Positions 36,752 through 44,314 of a stretch of 46,517 nt of DNA are shown here, piece after piece. The first letter of the stretch is position 1. Each line of letters starts with the position of its first letter. Made by a program: the position numbers and the translations under genes. Under the pieces are notes generated by a model. That model was not told the origin of the DNA, ran no database searches, and saw only the letters and a program-made list of their open reading frames with translations. Origin of the DNA: an uncultured Candidatus Saccharibacteria bacterium (GTDB taxonomy: Bacteria > Patescibacteriota > UBA1384 > 2-12-FULL-50-11); contig CAYHNZ010000004.1 in NCBI GenBank assembly GCA_964358205.1, positions 1-46,517 of the forward strand, in the 5' to 3' direction.

Positions 36752-36850
36752 GGCCGAGGTGATCTGACGGTGGTTATTCATATCGAAATCCCCCACCGCC
36801 TGACCCGCGAACAAAAAGAATTATATGAGAGATTGAAGAATTTAGGCTGA
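36752..36850 (+). pseudogene. orphaned alternative 3' end of dnaJ
   Basis: [32 protein letters not shown]; 38-bp core 36782-36819 identical to 35500-35537. Confidence 0.92.
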
Positions 36851-36861
36851 AAACATATAGT
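36833..36861 (+). promoter_or_regulatory. promoter of the downstream ncRNA
   Basis: TTGAAG (36833-36838), 17 bp, TATAGT (36856-36861). Confidence 0.6.
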
Positions 36862-36866
36862 CGTTA

Positions 36867-37022
36867 CGGTGGGTAGCTTGGAATACACGGCGTGGTCCAG
36901 TCATTGGATGAGTCTAAGAGGTGGCTTTCTGGTAAGGTTACCCGCCATAACGGACGAACAGCGGTACCCAGACCGTGATGGGTAAGCCCACCACCGGGTC
37001 GTCCTTACCGGCGACCCATTTT
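36867..37022 (+). ncRNA. ssrS: probable 6S RNA with terminator
   Basis: Rod-like fold: CGGUGG/CCACCG, GCUU/AAGC, CACGG/CCGUG, central bubble, GUCU/GGAC, GGUGG/CCGCC; then GGGTCG..CGACCC-ATTTT terminator; no ORF. Confidence 0.7.
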
Positions 37023-37083
37023 CTAATGCGGGATTTGACACTCAACCCAGTTGCTTGGATACTAATTGTAGGAGGAAACAAAA

Positions 37084-37614
37084 CTGCAAACCGTACCCAG
37101 TTGGGATCTGTTCTTAGTTATCTTTTTCATCGTTAGCATTGGCTATTCGTTCGTCTTGCAACGCGACAAAGTAGTGGTGACTTTGCTAGCTATTTATGTC
37201 GGCATAGTTATCGCCTCGGTTTTGGGCGGCCCAGCCCAACAATTTTTCCAGGGCGACAAGACGGTTGGTAACCAGTTGTTTATTAAAGCTAACACCTCGC
37301 CATTTACTATTCAGGCCGGACTGTTTTTCTTGACGACCGTTTTGGTTTCGATTCGGTCAGGAATAGGTAATCGCGGCTCGTCTGGTGGCGGTAAGCTGTC
37401 GGCATTCGAACTAGCTCTGTTTAGTTTTCTTAACTCGGCCCTAATCTTGACGGCGGTTTTCTCGTTTATGGATCCAGCTTCTCGGAGTCAGTTTGCTGAA
37501 AATTCCCGAATTGCTCGGGTCTTCATTAATCGGGAAATGTGGTGGACAGTGGCGCCGCTCATCGCCCTAATCGCCACCGGCGGCTTGGGCAAAGGCCGTT
37601 CGCAGGATTACTAG
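37084..37614 (+). CDS. conserved membrane protein (CvpA-like), probable CTG start
   Basis: AGGAGG at 37070-37075, CTG at 37084 in frame, adding LQTVPSWDLFLVIFFIVSIGYSFV; TTGACA at 37035. Confidence 0.75.
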   Translation: MQTVPSWDLFLVIFFIVSIGYSFVLQRDKVVVTLLAIYVGIVIASVLGGPAQQFFQGDKTVGNQLFIKANTSPFTIQAGLFFLTTVLVSIRSGIGNRGSSGGGKLSAFELALFSFLNSALILTAVFSFMDPASRSQFAENSRIARVFINREMWWTVAPLIALIATGGLGKGRSQDY

Positions 37615-37673
37615 AATCCCTAAAAGAAGGAGTGCGTATTCAGGCTCGGACTAATTTTTGCTACCCTAAAACC

Positions 37674-38264
37674 ATGGTCGGTCTCAATAACGAAGAACGG
37701 ATACTCGAGCTCGAGCGGCAGATTTCTAGTTTGCGTGAGCAGTTAATCACTGACGAGCTAACCAGAATTCTCAACCGCAAGGGTTTAATGACCATGCTCA
37801 AGCCGTTAGTCGGTGAAGTCACCTTTCAGCTCAATAATCCCGAGCGACGAAAAAATGTCATTATCCGCGCCCTGTCGCTAGTCTTCATTGATATCGACCA
37901 CTTTAAAGCAGTCAACGATACTTACGGCCATCAGGCCGGCGATTTAGTTTTAAAAACGGTGACTAAAATTTTACGCGATTCTGTACGAGAAATTGATGTC
38001 GTTGGTCGCTACGGCGGCGAGGAATTGATTGTTGGCCTGGTCGGAGCGGGACCAAAAGACGCTTTAGAAATTACCGAGCAACTGCGTCAAAAAATTGCCG
38101 AGACTCCAATCAAGTTCCGCGATCAAATCATCATAGTTACCGCCAGCTTCGGTATCGCTAGCCTTTTGCCTGACTTAAATTTAGAAGAACTGATTAAAAG
38201 GGCCGACGAAGCGTTGTATTTGGCTAAGAACTCCGGTCGCAACAAAGTGGTAGTAGCCAAGTAG
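37674..38264 (+). CDS. diguanylate cyclase (GGDEF domain)
   Basis: DELTRILNR, DIDHFKAVNDTYGHQAGD, REID I-site, GRYGGEE, RADEALYLAK..GRN; short N-terminal coiled coil. Confidence 0.92.
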   Translation: MVGLNNEERILELERQISSLREQLITDELTRILNRKGLMTMLKPLVGEVTFQLNNPERRKNVIIRALSLVFIDIDHFKAVNDTYGHQAGDLVLKTVTKILRDSVREIDVVGRYGGEELIVGLVGAGPKDALEITEQLRQKIAETPIKFRDQIIIVTASFGIASLLPDLNLEELIKRADEALYLAKNSGRNKVVVAK

Positions 38265-38279
38265 GCTGGTTTTGATGAC

Positions 38280-38307
38280 AGTGGCCGGGTGCAAGCACCC
38301 GGCCACT
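38280..38307. terminator. 13-bp-stem hairpin after the GGDEF gene
   Basis: AGTGGCCGGGTGC-AA-GCACCCGGCCACT. Confidence 0.6.
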
Positions 38308-38600
38308 AGTATGACGAAGACTCAATTGGGCTTCTGCTTTGTTCGATGCCGATTCCAGCAACAGTTGCGGCAGCCGCTCTGTTGCCTCACCGTCTTACCC
38401 CCACGTTTCCGAGTTGCCCCAGAACGAGTGCGACCAACAGAGCCGAAAGGTGGCAATTGAGTTTGATGATTCAATTTGTCTCATGTCCTCCGTGAATTAC
38501 CCTAACAACGAACCAGTCGCAAAGTTAAGTTATCGTAGCCGTTAATCATATTAACGTCAAGGAGTGGATTAGGATTTAGGGACACGATTACTATTATGTT

Positions 38601-38940
38601 TGGTAGGCCTGGCGGGAGTCGAACCCGCCGCACAGTGCTTAACATCCGGCAACAAGTTACCTTGTCCCCGCCAAAGGCGGGTTGTCGGCTGGACTATATC
38701 TTCGCCGCAGCGAAGATACTGACCGCTATCGGTGGGTATATCTTCGCCATTTCAGGCGCATCGCGTGTAGTCTCTGAGGGGAGTTTCTCCTCCGCTTAAA
38801 TCGGAATACTCTTCCCTGCTGATTGTCCTCGTCGTAAAGACGGTGGGAGATCCCAGCATATAGCGATGTTCACTTGATAAGTTTTGTTCCCCATCAAGGC
38901 TCCAAAGAAGGCACCTGCTCTACCGCTGAGCTACAGGCCT
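38601..38940 (-). tRNA. tRNA-Lys(UUU), split by an intron (exons 38940-38908 and 38642-38601)
   Basis: Acceptor AGGCCUG/CAGGCCU-A-CCA, D arm GCUC/GAGC, anticodon stem GGUGC/GCACU, T arm GCGGG-UUCGACU-CCCGC; joined loop CU-UUU-AA; mature length 75 nt. Confidence 0.85.
38643..38907 (-). ncRNA. group I self-splicing intron, 265 nt, no internal ORF
   Basis: P AUGCUGGGA (38851-38859), Q AAUCAGCAGG (38815-38824), R UCAGAGACUACA (38766-38777), S AAGAUAUAGUCC (38691-38702); P3 CAUCGC/GCGAUG; P1 with U34-G wobble; terminal G. Confidence 0.92.
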
Positions 38941-39081
38941 AAATTTCAAAATGTACGAACACAACAGACTAATTTTAGCATATGATTAGATAAGAATGAA
39001 GCCGGATACGCCTTCGATGTCGAGCCTTTTATTGGCGAGAGCTATGAGCAGAGCGATTATTTGCTCACTAACGTTCGCAAA

Positions 39082-39927
39082 ATGAAGCCACGACACCCAT
39101 TTGAGCTTAAAGCAAAAGTCATAAAACGACGGCAAGAAGGAGAATCACTCAAACGGCTGGTTGTTGAATTTGGGTTGCCCAAAAGTACTGTTCAGGGCTG
39201 GATAGCGAATATTCTATTGTCCCAACGCGCCAGAAACCGAATAGACGAACGAGCTAGACAACAAGGGAGAAGTATCCGTAGTAATCGGCGACTAGTCTTG
39301 CCTCCGACCATATATTCGACACCGTTCTCACCCGATTTAGTTAGATTTTTCGCCCATTGTTTATTCGATGGCAGTATTCGTCACGATCAGGCCATCTACT
39401 ACTCTAGTCATTCAACTCTAGCTCAAAAATTCGCCGAGAATGGTCAAATACTGTTTGGCCTGAAACCAAGATGGGGGAGAAACAAGGATGGAGTCTTGCG
39501 AGTCCACTTCTTTTCCAGAAATTTGGCAGAATTCCTACTGGCTCGAAAAGAGATGTTGTTCAAAAACATTGGGAGAATGGAACGAGCCCATCAATTAGAA
39601 TTTCTTAAAGCGTTCTTTAACGACGAGGGATCTGTTACTTTCCGAGCAGAAACTGGCAAGAAGGCAGTCAGGGGCTATCAAAAGAATGTTAAAATCCTTG
39701 AGATCGTCGTTTCTCTGCTCCATGGTTTAGGCATTGATTCAAAACTCGAAAGCTTGAATCACTCGCCCGAAATAGCAATCCGAGGCCGAGAAAACATTAA
39801 AAAATTCGCTCAAGTTATTAACTTTGATGCTGGTGTTTCGTTTCTGGCGACGAGGAAAAATAGCTACTACTCAAAGCCAATTGAAAAACGAGTTGTTTTG
39901 CGACAGCTGTTAGCCTCTTATCGCTAG
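39082..39927 (+). CDS. free-standing LAGLIDADG-family endonuclease with N-terminal HTH
   Basis: HTH GESLKRLVVEFGLPKSTVQGW; two LAGLIDADG-like helices FFAHCLFDGS and FLKAFFNDEGS. Confidence 0.85.
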   Translation: MKPRHPFELKAKVIKRRQEGESLKRLVVEFGLPKSTVQGWIANILLSQRARNRIDERARQQGRSIRSNRRLVLPPTIYSTPFSPDLVRFFAHCLFDGSIRHDQAIYYSSHSTLAQKFAENGQILFGLKPRWGRNKDGVLRVHFFSRNLAEFLLARKEMLFKNIGRMERAHQLEFLKAFFNDEGSVTFRAETGKKAVRGYQKNVKILEIVVSLLHGLGIDSKLESLNHSPEIAIRGRENIKKFAQVINFDAGVSFLATRKNSYYSKPIEKRVVLRQLLASYR

Positions 39928-40853
39928 CTTTTGGGCTTCTGTAAAAAGTTAAATGCGCTGGTGGCGGCGACCGAACCCATGGCGGCGGCGGTAATGTCTT
40001 GTTTAAAATGCCCAAAGAAGTTGGTGGCGTCGCCGGCGGCAAAGACGCCTTCGATATTCGTTTCCATCATATTGTTGACGGCCACGTAGCCGTGTGGGTC
40101 GAGCTTTACTCCTAGCGATTCGACCAGCTCCATCTCCGGCACCGCACCGATTTCGACAAACAGGCCATCAAGTTTCAGCTCCTGGTCGTTCGCAAGTTTG
40201 ACGCCTGTTAAACGGGAGTCACCCAAAATCTCCTTGACTTGGGAGTTTGGCAAGACTGCCACTTTCGTACCAAGATACGGCTTGAGGCGTTCGCCGTTAA
40301 TTGGCTCGGGGTGAAGTCCATCTCCCCGGACGATCATATATATTTTTTCGGCGTACTGGACGGCCAAAAGCGCTCCCTTAACTGAAGCGTCACCGCTGCC
40401 AACAATAGCAATGGTTTTACCTTTATAGAGCGGTCCGTCGCAGGTGGTGCAATAATGGACGCCCTTGCCTTGAGAAAAGTCGTCTTCTTTCGGTAGGTTG
40501 AGCTTGCGCCTGGCGGCACCGTGAGTAAAGATCACTGCTTTAGCGAGGTATTCTTCGCCCGACTCGCCAGTCAACTTAAAGCCTCCGTCTCCGCCAGCTG
40601 GCGGACTAGTAATCTTTTCAATTTTATCGGCAATGACTTTAGCGCCCAGCGCTTCAACCTGTTCCTTGACCTTGATAATTAAATCGTAACCATCGATGGC
40701 TTTGAAACCTGGGTAGTTTTCAATCGTCCAGGCTGTCGAAGTGGCCCCTCCGAGCTCGGCACCGATAACTAATGTCGACAGCTCGTAGCGAGCCGTATAA
40801 AGGGCGGCACTAAGTCCGGCCATCCCAGAACCGATAATTATGACATCTGTCAT
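39924..40853 (-). CDS. trxB: thioredoxin-disulfide reductase
   Basis: IIGSGMAG, IENYPGF, YCTTCDG, VGSGD, GVFAAGD. Confidence 0.9.
   Translation of the reverse strand: MTDVIIIGSGMAGLSAALYTARYELSTLVIGAELGGATSTAWTIENYPGFKAIDGYDLIIKVKEQVEALGAKVIADKIEKITSPPAGGDGGFKLTGESGEEYLAKAVIFTHGAARRKLNLPKEDDFSQGKGVHYCTTCDGPLYKGKTIAIVGSGDASVKGALLAVQYAEKIYMIVRGDGLHPEPINGERLKPYLGTKVAVLPNSQVKEILGDSRLTGVKLANDQELKLDGLFVEIGAVPEMELVESLGVKLDPHGYVAVNNMMETNIEGVFAAGDATNFFGHFKQDITAAAMGSVAATSAFNFLQKPKS
40590..40605. repeat. intragenic 16-bp palindrome (copy 3) in trxB
   Basis: TCCGCCAGCTGGCGGA read as S-PPAGG-D. Confidence 0.9.
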
Positions 40854-40939
40854 GTCGACCCAGCATACTCATAAATTTTGCTTGCCAGCAAGCTGTCACT
40901 AGCGTCAAGCCAACTCTTTGTTACAATTAGCTCATATCT

Positions 40940-41440
40940 ATGGCTAAACTTGTTCGCAATTCTCTCTTTACGCTCGTGATATTGATCTTAACGGCCATCG
41001 GTCTTAGCTGGAACAAAAAGGTTGTCCGCCAAGCCGACCCGATCCAAATTAGCAATACTGTGCTCTCGGCCGCCTCGGCCGAAGACAAGCAGGATTTTCC
41101 GTTGAAATTGGAATTTACTCGCCGCCACGTTAAATTAGGACAGTATCAGGAAATGAAGATCGCTACTCTTGCTAATGCCGAACTGCAAATCGTCACCATT
41201 TATCCGACAGGCAGTATTAATAATCCCCAGACAATACGTGCCGTTGCCGATGAAACCGGTCACTATTCGATGAAGTTTAAACTCGATGATTTTGCCTTTT
41301 TGGGTGTCTTCCAAACCAAAGTTTTGGCTCGATTTAATGGTCGGGAGTCGCAAACTTCTGGTCGATACGCCTTGCAAACTTGGACTCAATCTGACAAAAC
41401 ATTAGGTGCGGATGGCTATACTTACCCAATTGTGCCCTAA
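40940..41440 (+). CDS. exported hypothetical protein
   Basis: N-terminal signal/TM, beta-rich remainder; 3 bp from the next gene. Confidence 0.7.
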   Translation: MAKLVRNSLFTLVILILTAIGLSWNKKVVRQADPIQISNTVLSAASAEDKQDFPLKLEFTRRHVKLGQYQEMKIATLANAELQIVTIYPTGSINNPQTIRAVADETGHYSMKFKLDDFAFLGVFQTKVLARFNGRESQTSGRYALQTWTQSDKTLGADGYTYPIVP

Positions 41441-41443
41441 CAG

Positions 41444-42487
41444 ATGACCGATCGTTTGAAGGTTGTGGCTTTGGGTGGCGGCACTGGTTTAGCAACGCTA
41501 TTGCGCGCCCTCAAACACCACCCAATTAATTTAGCGGCGGTGGTGACAATGACTGACAACGGCGCTTCCAGCGGGCGATTGTCGCGAGAACTTGGAACAC
41601 TGCCCCCGGGGGATGTTCGAAAATGTTTGGCGGCTCTTGCCAACGACGAAACTCTTTTAACCCAACTGTTTGATTATCGATTTAACCGTGGTCGGGGGAT
41701 TAACGGCCACTCGCTCGGTAATTTATTACTACTGGCATTGGCCGATATCACCGGTAGTTTTGACAATGCCGTTGAAGCTTGTAGTAAAATCCTCTCAATC
41801 AAAGGTCAAGTTATTCCCTCAACTTTAGATCACGTCAGTATCGTGGCGGAACTCGCCAATGGCCAGAGAGCTTTGGGCGAAGTTGATATTCCGGTCATGG
41901 GTCATCGCTTCGGCATTGATCACTTGGAGCTATTACCGGAGGAAGCTAAAGCCAATCCGAATGCCGTCCGTTTTATCGACAGTGCTGATTTGATTATCGT
42001 TGGACCGGGTAGTCTGCTGACCAGCGTTATACCAAACTTTCTGATTAAAGAAATCGGCCAGGCTTATAGTCGCTCTAAAGCCTTCAAACTTTTTATCTGT
42101 AATGTTTCGACCGAACGCGGTGAAACCGAGAATTTTTCCGTCGATGATCACATCAGGACAATCCAGCAGCATGTCCACAAATTAACTTTTGATGCAGTGT
42201 TGGTTAACGACAATATTGTTTCGCTCTCTGACCAGGAGGGAAAACTCGGCAGTATCCGTAATATTACAACCGACCAAGAAATGATTCGAGGCATTCCGGT
42301 GATTCGAGCCGATGTGATTGACGAGCAAAGACCGCTCTATCACGACCCGAAAAAATTAGCCGAAGTAGTTTGGCGCATCATCGCTCAGAGCCTGACAGAA
42401 TCTAATGCCGAGGAAAAACTGTCCCATTTCAAGCGAAAACCACGAAGACCGACGAACCATGTTGAGCCGCTTGTCGGCGAAAGCTAG
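41444..42487 (+). CDS. yvcK: YvcK/GlmR (UPF0052) family protein
   Basis: VALGGGTGL, TDNGASSG, PPGDVR, GHSLGNL, GPGSLLTS. Confidence 0.92.
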   Translation: MTDRLKVVALGGGTGLATLLRALKHHPINLAAVVTMTDNGASSGRLSRELGTLPPGDVRKCLAALANDETLLTQLFDYRFNRGRGINGHSLGNLLLLALADITGSFDNAVEACSKILSIKGQVIPSTLDHVSIVAELANGQRALGEVDIPVMGHRFGIDHLELLPEEAKANPNAVRFIDSADLIIVGPGSLLTSVIPNFLIKEIGQAYSRSKAFKLFICNVSTERGETENFSVDDHIRTIQQHVHKLTFDAVLVNDNIVSLSDQEGKLGSIRNITTDQEMIRGIPVIRADVIDEQRPLYHDPKKLAEVVWRIIAQSLTESNAEEKLSHFKRKPRRPTNHVEPLVGES

Positions 42488-42678
42488 GAGCGAAGCGACT
42501 ATATCGAGATACGGTGAGGAAGGATGAGTGGTTTGCAGACGAAATGTCGCTCGCAAGCTCGCTCGTCTTGGTCGCTGAAGCTCATAAGATGGGGCTGTTT
42601 TAACCGGCAAGCAGTATTGTTATTAGTTTGGATGTTGCGGTTAGATTTTGTCAGGCTCTCAGCAAGAGTTAGTCGTAA

Positions 42679-43557
42679 CTACTTAGAGTCCTTAACCTGG
42701 CCAGATTGGGGATCGATTACGAAACTTATGCCGAGTGGGCTGGTTGGCAATTCTTTGATAATGCCCTTGGTAACTAAGTCTAGCGGGCTGGTTGGGTAGC
42801 GGCTGAACTGTTGATGATATTTATCGACCGCGTCTTCCAAGAAGAAAATCATTTCCATATGGAGCAGTTGCTTGCCACTGCGCTCACGAACAAAATCATC
42901 TTTGGTGGTGTCGTGGACAGTTTTAAAGATTTGATAAGCCAGTTGACGCTGATCAGCTTCCTTATAATAGATACCGGCGAAATATTGGGTAATTGGCGGG
43001 GCATCTTTTTTGGTCGCTGCAATCTGAAATTCTTTAGCAGCTGAAACAAAATCCTTTTTATAAATGTGATAAACCAAGCCGGTATAGTAGGGCATCTCCC
43101 AACTGTCAGGCAAATTTTGCTTACCTTTCTCACCTAGTTGAATGGCTTGATCGGGAAATCCTTCACCCGGTAAAATTATCAGCCCCGTTTGATAGGCCTG
43201 GAGGAATTTCGGTGACAGGTCGGTGACGACATTGAAAAGTTCGGCTAATTTTCGGTATTTGCCGTTCGGCGTGCCACCGCCGTAGTACTGAATCAGAGTC
43301 AGCCAGTAGTAATCGGCTAAAAATTCAGTCGAGCCAAAACTAATTGCTTTGGCTAAAGGCGGTGAAAGCGGTTGCGGTTCGATATAAATATTGTAATCAA
43401 CGCCGATTAATTTCGGCGGCGAATAACGTCGCCAAGCGTCGTAATTGATCTGCGCCACAAAGCTCAATCCCAAGAAAACCACCACCCAGATAATGGTCAG
43501 TTTTCTCAAGCTATCTAGTCCCCAGTTCCTAGTTCCTAGTCCCCCCCTAGAACTCAT
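42679..43557 (-). CDS. membrane-anchored TPR-like protein resembling PilG of PilGHI systems
   Basis: ADYYWLTLIQYYG, TDLSPKF..AY, helical repeats, C-terminal YHQQFSRYP..LDLV; third gene of the ABC operon. Confidence 0.6.
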   Translation of the reverse strand: MSSRGGLGTRNWGLDSLRKLTIIWVVVFLGLSFVAQINYDAWRRYSPPKLIGVDYNIYIEPQPLSPPLAKAISFGSTEFLADYYWLTLIQYYGGGTPNGKYRKLAELFNVVTDLSPKFLQAYQTGLIILPGEGFPDQAIQLGEKGKQNLPDSWEMPYYTGLVYHIYKKDFVSAAKEFQIAATKKDAPPITQYFAGIYYKEADQRQLAYQIFKTVHDTTKDDFVRERSGKQLLHMEMIFFLEDAVDKYHQQFSRYPTSPLDLVTKGIIKELPTSPLGISFVIDPQSGQVKDSK

Positions 43558-44314
43558 CTTTTCGGAAAGCCGACATTCCCAGAATTAGCAGAAAGGCAGT
43601 ATAGCCGACAAAGTAAAGTAATATCCAGACGACTTGGGTGATGTCAGGTGCGAGGTTAAAGACGACGTCGTTACGGAGATTAAACTTCTCCAAATTAGGA
43701 AAGACATAGTAAACTCCCTCCAGAATACCGCGAACGACAGGTGAGGCTTTTTGAGACAGTAACCAAATGGTCGCCGAGCCGTGACCAATCAGCGTGACGC
43801 CAAAGGTGTAAATAGCGCTCGACAATGGCGAAGTAAACGAACTGAAAAGCAGACTGACAGCCGTCAGTAACCAAGCTTCTAAAATAACTGCGCCGACGGC
43901 AAAGTATGCGGCGACCGGCACTTGATGAGTTTTAATCGCTAGGACAGCCACAAACATCGTCGCCATAATTAGACCAGCCACTAATATCGTCAAACAAAGC
44001 CCAAGAAATTTTCCTAAGTAAAAAGTTTCTCGCGACACCGGTTTACTTAAGACCAGATAGATTGTTTTGCGCTCGACCTCTTTAAAAACTAATTGGGTGC
44101 CGATGAAATAGGTGATGATCAGCAAGAAAACCAGCATCGCTGTCAGGCTAAAGTCTTGAATAACTCGAGCGTCCTGCCCGAGCGATACTGACCCAGCCAG
44201 AAGCGATGCCGCAATTACTAACACCGCAAAACCAACCAAAGAGTAGAGTAGTTTATCGCGCAAAGTTTCCCGAAAAGTATTGAGGGTAATCGCCCACAGA
44301 ACTTTAGGCCTCAT
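43547..44314 (-). CDS. ABC-2 type permease (PilI-like)
   Basis: NTFRETLRDK, EVERKTIYLVLSKPVSR..FYLGKFLG, multiple TM. Confidence 0.85.
   Translation of the reverse strand: MRPKVLWAITLNTFRETLRDKLLYSLVGFAVLVIAASLLAGSVSLGQDARVIQDFSLTAMLVFLLIITYFIGTQLVFKEVERKTIYLVLSKPVSRETFYLGKFLGLCLTILVAGLIMATMFVAVLAIKTHQVPVAAYFAVGAVILEAWLLTAVSLLFSSFTSPLSSAIYTFGVTLIGHGSATIWLLSQKASPVVRGILEGVYYVFPNLEKFNLRNDVVFNLAPDITQVVWILLYFVGYTAFLLILGMSAFRKDEF

Noticed and set aside
38395-38484. 29-codon minus-strand ORF with GGAGG downstream of the tRNA
   Set aside because: Too short and motif-free to support without conservation data
38596-38799. 67-aa plus-strand ORF as an intron-encoded protein
   Set aside because: Antisense to the tRNA and intron core; no endonuclease motif
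38601-38940. Reading the tRNA as Arg(UCU) or Asn(GUU)
   Set aside because: Both require an intron ending in U rather than G and lose the U-G wobble at the 5' splice site; Arg would also need A20
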